From a virus (Duplodnaviria > Caudoviricetes), in the IMG/VR virus record IMGVR_UViG_2030936005_000025, positions 96,001 to 160,000 of that record: 64,000 nucleotides of DNA; one strand, 5' to 3'. Below are positions 41,027 through 50,400 of this stretch, in pieces (position 1 is the first letter of the stretch; every line of letters starts with the position of its first letter). Below the pieces are notes generated by a model. That model was not told where the DNA came from. It saw nothing but the letters and a program-made list of their open reading frames with translations, and ran no database searches. The position numbers were made by a program, and so were the translations under genes.

Positions 41027-42601
41027 TTAAATCCTGCTTTGAACGCCCATGGCTTTCAGCCCGGCATTAACACGTTCGATGATTTTGAAGTTCTTACGCA
41101 GATCACCCGTCTTAGCACGGTACGTCATTAACGCACTGCCGATGTACGGATGCTTCGCCAGATACAGTTGGTCGTAATTGACATTAGAGGTCGTGTCAAT
41201 ACGGTTACCTGCATTGTCATAAACCGCCGTAATCTTATTCCCGTTCTCATTCAGCAACTCTTTTTCAGTGTTGATGATCGTGTTCAGGTCTTTAGACAGG
41301 TAGGTGTACATCAGCTTGTCAACTTTAACAGACCAGTTAACAATGCCGGCGATGCTACGACGAACGTTACCGCTAACAGTAACCAACTGATTCAACGCCC
41401 AGGTGTATTCGTTAATGGTTGAGCAGTATGACGTATAAGTCATTTTCAGCACACCCGCTTTATCGAACACGGCATCGATAGATTCAATCAGTTCTGCATC
41501 TTTAACTTCGATGACATCTTTCAGGAACTTCAGCGTATCTGGATCAAACGGTACAGAAGCCTTGAGCATAATGGTACCCATACGCTCACCAACTTTCTTC
41601 ACCTTCTCATAGTCCGCAGGAGTAACACGAACTGGGATAGATTTTTCCAGCACATCTTTAGCTGCTGTCAGGTTCTGTTTGAATGCTTTATCAGCACCCA
41701 CTGAACCGAGATCGATATCGTACGCTTGATCAACCAGCTTAGCGAGTTGTTTACGGATTGGATCCGGGTTCAACACCACGCCGACTTCGTTGTCCAGCAT
41801 GTTACGGAACTCGATGATGTCAGCATTGGTGAAGTTCTCTTTATCTTCCCATGCTTTACGTAACTTAGCCACAGCCTGCTGATAGCGCCCACGAGACTGA
41901 CGAGCATTATGGCCCGCATTCTTAATGGTGGTTTCAATGCCTTCCAGATCACCCTGCAGTTTAGCCAGGACATCAATCTGATCGATGATTGATTTGTTAC
42001 GGTTGTGAATGATGTTAAAGGCATCGCGCTGTGTTACTTCATTAGGCAATGCTTCAAACATCTCAGCGATATCCAGATCAACTTTATCCGCACCAATCAG
42101 AGAACTGAGCAGTGAGACCAATTGCTTTCTGACATCTTCGCTGTGTTCCGCTACAATCGCTAACTCTTTCTCGGTTTTCTCGAAACCAAGCAGAGTACGA
42201 ATACGCAGAACAATCCAATCGATCACCGCTAACAGGAATTTCTTCGCTGCTTTGATGATTGCCAGGAAACCTGTCTTCAGGGTGCTTAAGAATGACTCAC
42301 CACCGCGAATGCCATTCATGCGGTCGTACATTGGCATCATGCTTTCACAACCGCTGATCTTCAGAACAGAGAAGCCTGAAGGGTGAAGACGTTTGTTGTT
42401 CAAATACTCACGACAGTTAGCAGCCAGCGTGTTCAACGCTTCTTGACCAGTAACTTCATAAGTTTCATCCAGAGAGATGTATTCCGTGCCCTCTTTGTCC
42501 TTCACAACAGAAACTTTGTCGGTAGGAGTCTGAGGGCTGAGCTGCAACACTGTGCTTAACTCAATGGAATCGTCATCAGTCTTTTGTGCTTGTTCAGACA
42601 T
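41027..42601 (-). CDS. Head/ejection protein with a processed N-terminus
   Basis: TGQEAL, SGCESM and RGGESF sites followed by the amphipathic helix FLSTLKTGFLAIIKAAKKFLLAVIDWI. Confidence 0.7.
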   Translation of the reverse strand: MSEQAQKTDDDSIELSTVLQLSPQTPTDKVSVVKDKEGTEYISLDETYEVTGQEALNTLAANCREYLNNKRLHPSGFSVLKISGCESMMPMYDRMNGIRGGESFLSTLKTGFLAIIKAAKKFLLAVIDWIVLRIRTLLGFEKTEKELAIVAEHSEDVRKQLVSLLSSLIGADKVDLDIAEMFEALPNEVTQRDAFNIIHNRNKSIIDQIDVLAKLQGDLEGIETTIKNAGHNARQSRGRYQQAVAKLRKAWEDKENFTNADIIEFRNMLDNEVGVVLNPDPIRKQLAKLVDQAYDIDLGSVGADKAFKQNLTAAKDVLEKSIPVRVTPADYEKVKKVGERMGTIMLKASVPFDPDTLKFLKDVIEVKDAELIESIDAVFDKAGVLKMTYTSYCSTINEYTWALNQLVTVSGNVRRSIAGIVNWSVKVDKLMYTYLSKDLNTIINTEKELLNENGNKITAVYDNAGNRIDTTSNVNYDQLYLAKHPYIGSALMTYRAKTGDLRKNFKIIERVNAGLKAMGVQSRI

Positions 42602-42613
42602 GATGACTCCTTA

Positions 42614-43048
42614 TTAGACGATCTGATTGGTTTCTTTGAACTGAGGAAGCTTATGGTTCGCTTCATCAATCAGCGTCTGTACCAGCGCCGCGTAGCTTTC
42701 CAGTTCGATGTACTTGACATCGCCAGCAGCTTCTACGTGTGGAACAATTTTCAGAATCACCACATCTTCGGTGATGGTTTTGTTGAACACTTGTTTCAGG
42801 TTGCGATAGAAGTCAGCTACCTGAGAAGCGATCAAGTTACCTTTGTTTGGGGTAACGTTGTTCCAGTAAGACAGGATCCAACGAATGAACTTGAAACGTT
42901 CTTCGTCAGTCATGGTGAATGAACCGGTGACATTCAACAGTGCTTTGGAATAAGCCGTCTGAACAACTTCAACCTGAACATCAGGACTCATGACACCGAG
43001 ACCGATCAAGTCTTGCTTAAGTTTTACAATGTGAGCTAAGTGACTCAT
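42614..43048 (-). CDS. Small virion/head protein
   Basis: 144 aa; AGGAA SD; in the head-protein operon. Confidence 0.6.
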   Translation of the reverse strand: MSHLAHIVKLKQDLIGLGVMSPDVQVEVVQTAYSKALLNVTGSFTMTDEERFKFIRWILSYWNNVTPNKGNLIASQVADFYRNLKQVFNKTITEDVVILKIVPHVEAAGDVKYIELESYAALVQTLIDEANHKLPQFKETNQIV

Positions 43049-43057
43049 AACAATTCC

Positions 43058-44389
43058 TTAAATTGCATCTTTATAAAGTGATAAGGTATGACCAACCAGT
43101 TCATCGGTGAAATGTTCGAAGTCCTGAGCACGGAAGTCACTACCGCTGGCGATATATGAAACAGTACGCTGAACCCAGGTGCCTTCCAGGAATGGTTTTG
43201 CGTCATCACAGATCTTTTCCATTTCCTTGGCTTCAGCCAACATACCGGCTTTGGCTTTTGAATCCAGTGATTTGAGATTGTTAATCTGAACGATGTAATC
43301 ACGAAGGATTGTTTTCACGCGGCGATATGGAGAATCATAAACATCACCCGGTGTCAGCACAGATTGGAATGCAATCAGCGTCATGAAGATGGCGTTTATA
43401 CCGCAGAAAGTAGCTAACAATGGTTGACATGCACCCAGCGCTAACATCATTGCACCCATTGACTGAAGTGCCATCAGCGCGCTCATACGTCCAACGCTTG
43501 GCATAGAAGCCAACGCAGCAACCAGAGATTTAGGGCAGCCCATTCGAACCGCATACAAGTCGGCATAAATCTCAGATGAACGATCTTGCGTTCCCAGAGA
43601 GAGGGTACGACGAGTATCACGAGTACCGGTGGCTTTATTAAAGTAAATGACGAACTCATCACCAGTGAAATCAGCAATGTCTTCTTCTTTTACTTGTTGT
43701 CCCACATTCATAATCTTGAATGCTTCTTTGACAACTTCCACGCGCTGCTTACCATAAAGTTTACCGTCTACAATCAATTTGATTGCAGTAGTAGAAACGA
43801 TAGGATCAACAACACTACGGTAGCAGTGCATGAAGCCGGTAAACACATGACCGCATTCATGAATGATGATTGCCGACAATGCTTCAGCCATAGTGATGTT
43901 ATAACGCTTTAACACCTTATGGCGTAAGAATGAGGAAATGATATCGTTCAGATAAAGAGTGAAACGAACCTTACTGAAGTCACCGCCGATCTTGCCTGTT
44001 GAGGTATCAACCCAACCACGCAATACGTCCGTCTTAAGGCGTTTAAAAGTTTCACCCAGACTGGATTGTTTTGCAGAGAAGAACTGTTCAATGTTCTTGA
44101 TGTTGAGGACGTTGCCTGGGTTAATGAATCCAGCATCAACAGCAGCATTTGGTGGCTGTTCCGCACTGAGCTCAAGGTTAATGCCTGTGTGATACGTGAT
44201 GATCTTTTCTAAGTCTTCAGCGGCATTACCTTCGCCACGTTTCCACACCCAAAACCCATTCGCTTCTTCAAGCGTGGGGGTAAACATTTTAACGAGATCT
44301 TTAAAGAGATCTCCATTCTGATAATCCATAAACTCTAACCCATCGATCTGCAGTTCTTTGGGTCGGTTCAGGAATTCGATACCGAGCAT
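43058..44389 (-). CDS. Putative M48/M56-like zinc metalloprotease (gluzincin), probably virion-associated
   Basis: IIIHECGHVF (HExxH), downstream SEIYADLYA (ExxAD), a long hydrophobic segment, and N-terminal LGIEF/DGLEF sites. Confidence 0.65.
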   Translation of the reverse strand: MLGIEFLNRPKELQIDGLEFMDYQNGDLFKDLVKMFTPTLEEANGFWVWKRGEGNAAEDLEKIITYHTGINLELSAEQPPNAAVDAGFINPGNVLNIKNIEQFFSAKQSSLGETFKRLKTDVLRGWVDTSTGKIGGDFSKVRFTLYLNDIISSFLRHKVLKRYNITMAEALSAIIIHECGHVFTGFMHCYRSVVDPIVSTTAIKLIVDGKLYGKQRVEVVKEAFKIMNVGQQVKEEDIADFTGDEFVIYFNKATGTRDTRRTLSLGTQDRSSEIYADLYAVRMGCPKSLVAALASMPSVGRMSALMALQSMGAMMLALGACQPLLATFCGINAIFMTLIAFQSVLTPGDVYDSPYRRVKTILRDYIVQINNLKSLDSKAKAGMLAEAKEMEKICDDAKPFLEGTWVQRTVSYIASGSDFRAQDFEHFTDELVGHTLSLYKDAI

Positions 44390-44473
44390 AAATGGTACTC
44401 CGGAGTAAATAAAAAGGGTGAGTCAAATTGTGTAGAAAATTTAACTTGCGACGTCATAACATTCGGGAACAAG

Positions 44474-46231
44474 ATGACTATTAAAAATGACAGTCCTATT
44501 GTTGGACGTGTATGTAAACACGCATACCTTTCTTACAGTAGAGCTAACCGAGACAATGATCTCTTAGTAGCCAAGATTACCAATATCCATGAAGATGGAT
44601 CACGTAGTCATAAGCTTGCTCAAATTGAAAACTTTAAACGTGACTTCTATATCGTTAAGAAGAAGTTTCAACAGTTTAAAGATAAACGCGATTACATTGA
44701 AACCAACAAGTGTGATAAGTACAGTGCCAATGAATCCCGTCTTGCGTTAAACATCAGCAAGATTCTCTTTGGTCGTCCTGATCGTAATGCACAACTTACT
44801 GACCTGAAGAACAACCCGTATGTTTTTGGTTGCCAGGAATCGGTACCGGTTGTGTATAAAGAAAAGTATTACAAGAAGTATCCTGAGCATCAACCACAGG
44901 AAGCCTTTGGCGTAGCAGCATACGACGTTGAGACATACATCCTTGACGACGGTAGTGTGGGTCCGGTTAACATGGCATCGACCACACACGGTGCACACGT
45001 ATTCTGGGCTGGCATGCGTAGCTACTTCCCTGAGGAAGATCAGAAAGACGATGCAATCATTTTGCGTAAGCTTAATGAATGTGCTCAGAAACATCTGTCT
45101 GAATACATGAAGCTTCACAATGTCGAGAAGATCAACTGGAATCTGGTTGATACTCCTGGACAAGTTGTTTATGCAAACGTTCAATACTGGCATCATTGCG
45201 GGATGGACTTCATTGTTAGCTGGAATGCTAACTTTGATATGGAACGTAATCAGGAAGCATTGGAGAACGAAGGCTATGACCTGAAACAGGTTTACAGCGA
45301 TCCAAGTATTCCACCGTGCTATCAAGATTACTTCTATTTCCCAGGTCGTGAGTTCAAGACCAAAGTGGACGGTTCTAAATCACCACTGGAAAACCAAGAA
45401 CGTTTCCCTGTTGTTCAAGCACCGGCTAACTGGCAGTGGTTTGACGGTATGTCGTTCTATGCAATTAAACGTGCTCCAGGCGGTAAGAAAGAGTCTTACT
45501 CGTTGCAGAACACGGCAATTGCAGAAGGGGTAGAAGGTAAGCTTTATATTCCAGAAGCAGATCATCTCCAGGCAGGTTCAGCTGAATGGCATAAATTCAT
45601 GGTGAAGAACTATCCTTATGAATATGTCATGTACAACATCCGAGATAACTGGGTTATCGAAGATCTGAACCGTAAAACAAATGACTACTCTCTGTCATTG
45701 CCTTCTCTGGTGACGTCTTCTGAACTGAAGTCTTATCAGTCTCAGCCTTCTATGATCTCAGATAAACTGTCGTTCATTGCTTTAGAACACGGTTACGTTT
45801 GGGGAACAGTGGGTCGTAAGAAAGAAGATATCTGGAAAGAGATCAAACCAGACCTGCGTGACTGGATAGCTCTGCTGCACGCTGAGCTTAATGAAGATAA
45901 AGGTAAGGCAATCTATGCCGGACTCCCTTCATGGCGTTCACGTGGTCGTGGCGATACAGATGACATCGATGTAACCGGTGCTTATCCTCACATTACAGTT
46001 TCTCTTAATGTGTCGAATAAGACCACCAAACTTGAAGTCTGTGAAGTGGAAGGATTGGACCGTATGGAGTTCCGTCGTTTAGGTGTGAACTACGCATCAA
46101 GTCCTATCGCTAATGCAGTGACGCTGTGTAATACCATTTACGGTATGCCTCAGTTAACTGAGATTAGTTCTTTCTATGAAGCGTCTGTTATCCCGTTCAT
46201 CAAAGAACAAGAAATGAAGAAAGCTGCATAA
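44474..46231 (+). CDS. Family B DNA polymerase, exonuclease plus motif-A subunit of a split enzyme (phiKZ gp82-like)
   Basis: ExoI AYDVETY, ExoII SWNANFD, ExoIII YNIRD and polymerase motif A DIDVTGAYPH; motifs B and C are absent. Confidence 0.85.
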   Translation: MTIKNDSPIVGRVCKHAYLSYSRANRDNDLLVAKITNIHEDGSRSHKLAQIENFKRDFYIVKKKFQQFKDKRDYIETNKCDKYSANESRLALNISKILFGRPDRNAQLTDLKNNPYVFGCQESVPVVYKEKYYKKYPEHQPQEAFGVAAYDVETYILDDGSVGPVNMASTTHGAHVFWAGMRSYFPEEDQKDDAIILRKLNECAQKHLSEYMKLHNVEKINWNLVDTPGQVVYANVQYWHHCGMDFIVSWNANFDMERNQEALENEGYDLKQVYSDPSIPPCYQDYFYFPGREFKTKVDGSKSPLENQERFPVVQAPANWQWFDGMSFYAIKRAPGGKKESYSLQNTAIAEGVEGKLYIPEADHLQAGSAEWHKFMVKNYPYEYVMYNIRDNWVIEDLNRKTNDYSLSLPSLVTSSELKSYQSQPSMISDKLSFIALEHGYVWGTVGRKKEDIWKEIKPDLRDWIALLHAELNEDKGKAIYAGLPSWRSRGRGDTDDIDVTGAYPHITVSLNVSNKTTKLEVCEVEGLDRMEFRRLGVNYASSPIANAVTLCNTIYGMPQLTEISSFYEASVIPFIKEQEMKKAA

Positions 46232-46237
46232 AGCATA

Positions 46238-46265
46238 CTCCTACTCACCCAAGGGTGAGTAGGAG
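46238..46265. terminator. CTAC/GTAG-family hairpin at a convergent junction
   Basis: CTCCTACTCACCCAAGGGTGAGTAGGAG, near-perfect inverted repeat. Confidence 0.8.
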
Positions 46266-46271
46266 ATTATG

Positions 46272-46934
46272 TTACTTTTTACCAAATGCTTCGGCAATGT
46301 AAGAAGTTAATTTATTAACTGGTTCAGCAAAGCTTTTGTACTCTTTAACTGCCTTGTCATAAGGAGCATGGGGATCCATCTGCTTCTTAGGCATGTGCTT
46401 ATTACAATAAGTAATAAACGCTGAGCTAACTTTGTCAATCTGAGCCAGTAAGGAATCAAGCGCCAACAATACTGCTGCTGGGCGACCATCTTCCTTAAAT
46501 GCAGAAAGTGCTTTATCAGCGGCACTTATAACTTCTTTACCATTGATTTCTTCAGGGAGCCCTTCAGCCGCTTTCTTTACTGATTCAATTTTACCGACCA
46601 TAGTGGTAGCAATTTTCTTGCGGGCCGCATCTTTCTCTTCGTCACTACCGTCGCCGAACAAATGTTTGGCTTTAGCGCGTGTAGATTTGAAAGCTTCAGA
46701 GAACCACTTCTTGATGGCTTCAAAGAGTTTCTTAATGAACTCACCAGTTTTAGCAGCACCTGCTTTGACGTTATCAAGGAAACCTTCTTGACCGGCAACG
46801 GAGCCCATGTCTACTGTGTGAAGCTTAAGTACTGCAAACGCATAACGTGCGTCACCTGAAGTACGATCGCCAGCAGTGATAGATTCACAGCCAGTAACCA
46901 TATTACTAAAATGTTCTACATCTGAAAAACTCAT
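46272..46934 (-). CDS. Stand-alone head/ejection protein paralog
   Basis: TGCESI and AGQEGF sites then FLDNVKAGAAKTGEFIKKLFEAIKKWF, similar to ORFs 27189 and 30313; AAGGA SD. Confidence 0.7.
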   Translation of the reverse strand: MSFSDVEHFSNMVTGCESITAGDRTSGDARYAFAVLKLHTVDMGSVAGQEGFLDNVKAGAAKTGEFIKKLFEAIKKWFSEAFKSTRAKAKHLFGDGSDEEKDAARKKIATTMVGKIESVKKAAEGLPEEINGKEVISAADKALSAFKEDGRPAAVLLALDSLLAQIDKVSSAFITYCNKHMPKKQMDPHAPYDKAVKEYKSFAEPVNKLTSYIAEAFGKK

Positions 46935-46980
46935 GGGACGTTCCTTGAAGGTATGAAAAAAAAAGAATATTACAAATAAT

Positions 46981-47010
46981 CCTACCCTACCCCGTGAAGG
47001 ATAGAGTAGG
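46981..47010 (-). terminator. CTAC/GTAG-family hairpin at a tandem junction
   Basis: Minus-strand RNA CCUACUCUAUCC...GGGUAGGGUAGG with two G-U pairs, followed by a U-rich tract. Confidence 0.75.
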
Positions 47011-47022
47011 AGTTAGTACCGA

Positions 47023-47556
47023 TTAACGGTGCACGTAGTTGTGCAGATTTTGCGCAGCTTTGGTTGCGAACATGGCTGTAAACTTAGTCATGTCAAACAT
47101 CTGCGTAAAGGTATCACGCGAGCGAGCATGCTCGGAAAGCAGGGTGATGAACATGATGAAACGCTTGTAGCGAACCAGTTCACTTGCGTTAATCAGACCT
47201 TCCAGGGTAGACAGCGGGGCCAGGACATTGTTCCATTCGAACGCGTTCTGGTTCTTACCCACAGTGATCAGGAAATAGTCCAATGCTTCTTTACATTGAG
47301 CGTAATCCATCTCCAGCATACCCCAACAGGTTTTGATCACACTCTTCTGCTGGTTGCGACGTTCTTCCAACGTACCGGCAGCGATCTCACCTTTCAGGAA
47401 CTTAACGAAATCGTCGATACCATTTTTATAGATATCAACTGGACCGTTAACAACACGGGTTTCGTTCTCTTGGGTATTCTGCTGTTCAGCTTCTACCTGA
47501 GCAGTAACCGCGTTCTGACGCTTCTCTACTTTTGGTGGGGTGAAATTATCGCCCAT
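47023..47556 (-). CDS. Conserved hypothetical protein
   Basis: 177-aa helical ORF; TAATG coupling with the upstream gene. Confidence 0.65.
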   Translation of the reverse strand: MGDNFTPPKVEKRQNAVTAQVEAEQQNTQENETRVVNGPVDIYKNGIDDFVKFLKGEIAAGTLEERRNQQKSVIKTCWGMLEMDYAQCKEALDYFLITVGKNQNAFEWNNVLAPLSTLEGLINASELVRYKRFIMFITLLSEHARSRDTFTQMFDMTKFTAMFATKAAQNLHNYVHR

Positions 47557-47981
47557 TATTTATCTCCACGTTGAGCGGCTTGAAGTGCCGCCAATTCACT
47601 TTTATTCATACCGTGACCAGAGGCAGCTTGTGCAGCAGCGCGATCGGCCGCAGCCTTCTTCTGCTTGGCGAGATCCTCTTGACCACGACCGACTCCTTCC
47701 AAAATATCGTCCATGAGATCGATTGGCATCTCAAGACAGTCTTTTAATGAAAGGAACTTACTGTATTCCCGTGACCCGAAGGTGTGCCCAAAGTTCTTTG
47801 CAGACCAGAGATGGAATAGATCTCTACGCTGATGGTTATATTTGAGCTGGGGGTTACCATTTTGGTTATCACCCACCCAGCCTCGCATTACCATAGCAAT
47901 CTTCCGGTTGATCATTGCCCTTTTGAGAGCGTCCTTCTCATTAGCATGTTTGACAAACAGAGCCAGTGCTTTGTTCACCAT
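47556..47981 (-). CDS. Hypothetical protein, possible tail/baseplate assembly chaperone
   Basis: Motif FLSLKDCLEMPIDLMDDIL is reminiscent of tail-assembly chaperones (inference). Confidence 0.5.
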   Translation of the reverse strand: MVNKALALFVKHANEKDALKRAMINRKIAMVMRGWVGDNQNGNPQLKYNHQRRDLFHLWSAKNFGHTFGSREYSKFLSLKDCLEMPIDLMDDILEGVGRGQEDLAKQKKAAADRAAAQAASGHGMNKSELAALQAAQRGDK

Positions 47982-48007
47982 TGCCTTAGGAAGGTCACTC
48001 TCATCAG

Positions 48008-49630
48008 TTAAGAAAGATTTTCCTCGATAGTACTCGCCGCGGTCTCTCTCATACCAATCATCATTCGGGTACGGTCGAAAAAATTCATGATCGGATCGAT
48101 CGGCGTAAAGCCTTTGATCATTTCATGATCTTTCATTTCAGAAGTTTGTTTACACGCTGGGCATGTGTCATTCGGAATACCGACATAGGTAAACGTCATG
48201 CGCGGGATAGAGGTGATGAGTTTCTGAAGTGCCTGAACGTACAGGTCTTCATCATCGCTGAAGTTATCCAACAGACCTTGTTCAAAGCTCTCTGGATCTT
48301 CATCACGTTTGATGACTTCAATCTCACCTTCAGTACCCGGCTCTGGATCATACTCAACGCTTTCGATCCACTGAAGATATTCACTACCACGGATACCCGA
48401 CATGTACTGCTTACGCTTCTCTGCAAACTTCTCTGTGTTAGGGAAGTCCATAGCAAGCTGACGCAGCTCTGGGTTGATGCGGTTGCTCATACGGTGGAAG
48501 GTGGCGAAGAAGTCATCCAGGTAAGGGATACCTACGTTATAACGACCGAGACCAGGAATAGGAATAGTAGTATCCAGTTCCTTGCCTTCTTGATCCTTGT
48601 ACACCGGGCGCAGTTTAGCCAACTCTTCACGTGACAGCTTGCGACCTTTGTTTACCACCTCGTAAAGAACTTCACGACGTTCTTCTGACATGTCTTCTTC
48701 AACATCCAGAACCATGGTGGTTGGATCGACAACCTGAACATCTGCATGCGCACATTTGTTTGCTACACAGTACATACGGAAGGACACGCCTTTCGGTGCT
48801 GTGGTGCAGAGCAGACCCATTACCATTGGGTTCAAGTCGTTCAACATAATGTAACGCTTGAGCTCAAAGTGATCGACCACATCTTTCACGCTGTGATACT
48901 TCACACGATCCAGAATAAAGTCAACCAGGATCTCACCGATACCAGCACGTTCCAGGTGCAGCGCACTGACGTTGTAACGCTCACCGTAGGTTTGCAGGCG
49001 AGTACCGATGGTGTTGATCAGACGGATAAGGTCTGGTGCAGTTGGAATTTCAACACGCAGGAAGATCAATGAGTTCAACAGAATAATGTTGAAGGTGTCA
49101 GGATCACCACGACCACCACGCAGATGACGACGCATACGGTCACGCGGTGACAGTGATTTATCGTTGCTTGGTTTAACCGGGGAGATAGTGCCGATACGGG
49201 TACCGTCTTTACCTGGGACAGTATTCGCCAGGTTTTCACGCAGAGTGATGTCAATGTTCTCATCACGCATCATCAGACGGTCGACACCACGATAGATGAA
49301 GCTCATGTAGTTAACCAACATGGCAACCAGTTCTTCTTCATCCATCTCTGGGAAGTTCTCTTTCACCAGCTCGTCATAGCTGACTTGCAGTGACTTAGAG
49401 TCACGACCCTTGCCGGTGTTTGCTTCTTCGGTCAACGCACGCTGTAAAGCGGTATATGTTGCCGCTGTTTTATAGATGCTACGGTGAACGTCACCAATAG
49501 CACCCACAAAGACAGGAATAATGGTGGGATCGAATTCGCCGTCATGCGCACGAATAACAGAATCACGCAATACCTTCATTGCGGTTTCTTTTTGAATTCC
49601 CTTTTCCAATTCAGACTTTTCTTCGGACAT
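48008..49630 (-). CDS. Conserved chimallivirus core protein with Cys motifs (phiKZ gp77-like)
   Basis: 540 aa; YCVANKCAH and TCPACK potential Zn ligands. Confidence 0.65.
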   Translation of the reverse strand: MSEEKSELEKGIQKETAMKVLRDSVIRAHDGEFDPTIIPVFVGAIGDVHRSIYKTAATYTALQRALTEEANTGKGRDSKSLQVSYDELVKENFPEMDEEELVAMLVNYMSFIYRGVDRLMMRDENIDITLRENLANTVPGKDGTRIGTISPVKPSNDKSLSPRDRMRRHLRGGRGDPDTFNIILLNSLIFLRVEIPTAPDLIRLINTIGTRLQTYGERYNVSALHLERAGIGEILVDFILDRVKYHSVKDVVDHFELKRYIMLNDLNPMVMGLLCTTAPKGVSFRMYCVANKCAHADVQVVDPTTMVLDVEEDMSEERREVLYEVVNKGRKLSREELAKLRPVYKDQEGKELDTTIPIPGLGRYNVGIPYLDDFFATFHRMSNRINPELRQLAMDFPNTEKFAEKRKQYMSGIRGSEYLQWIESVEYDPEPGTEGEIEVIKRDEDPESFEQGLLDNFSDDEDLYVQALQKLITSIPRMTFTYVGIPNDTCPACKQTSEMKDHEMIKGFTPIDPIMNFFDRTRMMIGMRETAASTIEENLS

Positions 49631-49656
49631 CTTTTATTTCCTGTGGGGAGAGTGAA

Positions 49657-50364
49657 TTATTCTGCAATTGCTTCCGCAGGTGTAGCAGCAATAGCTTCTG
49701 CATTTTTGCTATCAATCTCAGCTTTAACTTCGCCGAGGTACTGATAGGCAAAACGTTGAAGGACTTCGAAACGTTGTTGGGTTGCGTCATCAACACCCTC
49801 AACTTCTTTAGCCAGACGAGACAGAGACTCTTCAATTACCAGAGCGTGTGTTTCACTGCGTTCGACTTCAGCATACAACTCTTCAGCAAAGTTGCTGAGG
49901 ATAGTGCCGAGATCCAGACTTTCAGTGAACACAGCATCCTCTTCATCGGCTTCAACCAGTTTAGCCAATGTCTGAATACGTCTGTCCACGTCAATCAGAC
50001 TGACCGAGATAGCTTTCAGATCGATAACCAGTTTGAAATCAATCACGCCTTCTTTGGCCAGCGCTTCTACCATCGTAATATATGAGTAGAGCTTAAATAC
50101 TTCGCCGGTAGACTTCTTCAGTCCTTCCAGCACATCTTGCAGAGAGGTGAACTCGGCAGTAGTCTGACGACGGTTGTTGATGTCGCGTACTGCATTGCTC
50201 AGGACATCATCGAACTCCATGCGTTTACCTTCCATCAAACCACGGAATTGCTTCTTACGCACTTCAGAAGGAGTGTTACGTGCTTTGTTGGCAGAAACTT
50301 TCTTGGTCTTAGCACGGGCGTTACGCTTGTTAGCACGAGCTTGTGAACTCTTTGCTTTGGTCAT
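49657..50364 (-). CDS. Hypothetical protein with a basic N-tail and acidic helical body
   Basis: MTKAKSSQARANKRNARAKTKK N-terminus; AAGGAG SD. Confidence 0.65.
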   Translation of the reverse strand: MTKAKSSQARANKRNARAKTKKVSANKARNTPSEVRKKQFRGLMEGKRMEFDDVLSNAVRDINNRRQTTAEFTSLQDVLEGLKKSTGEVFKLYSYITMVEALAKEGVIDFKLVIDLKAISVSLIDVDRRIQTLAKLVEADEEDAVFTESLDLGTILSNFAEELYAEVERSETHALVIEESLSRLAKEVEGVDDATQQRFEVLQRFAYQYLGEVKAEIDSKNAEAIAATPAEAIAE

Positions 50365-50400
50365 CTTATGACTCCTTAAAAAGATTAATGGGTAATAACT

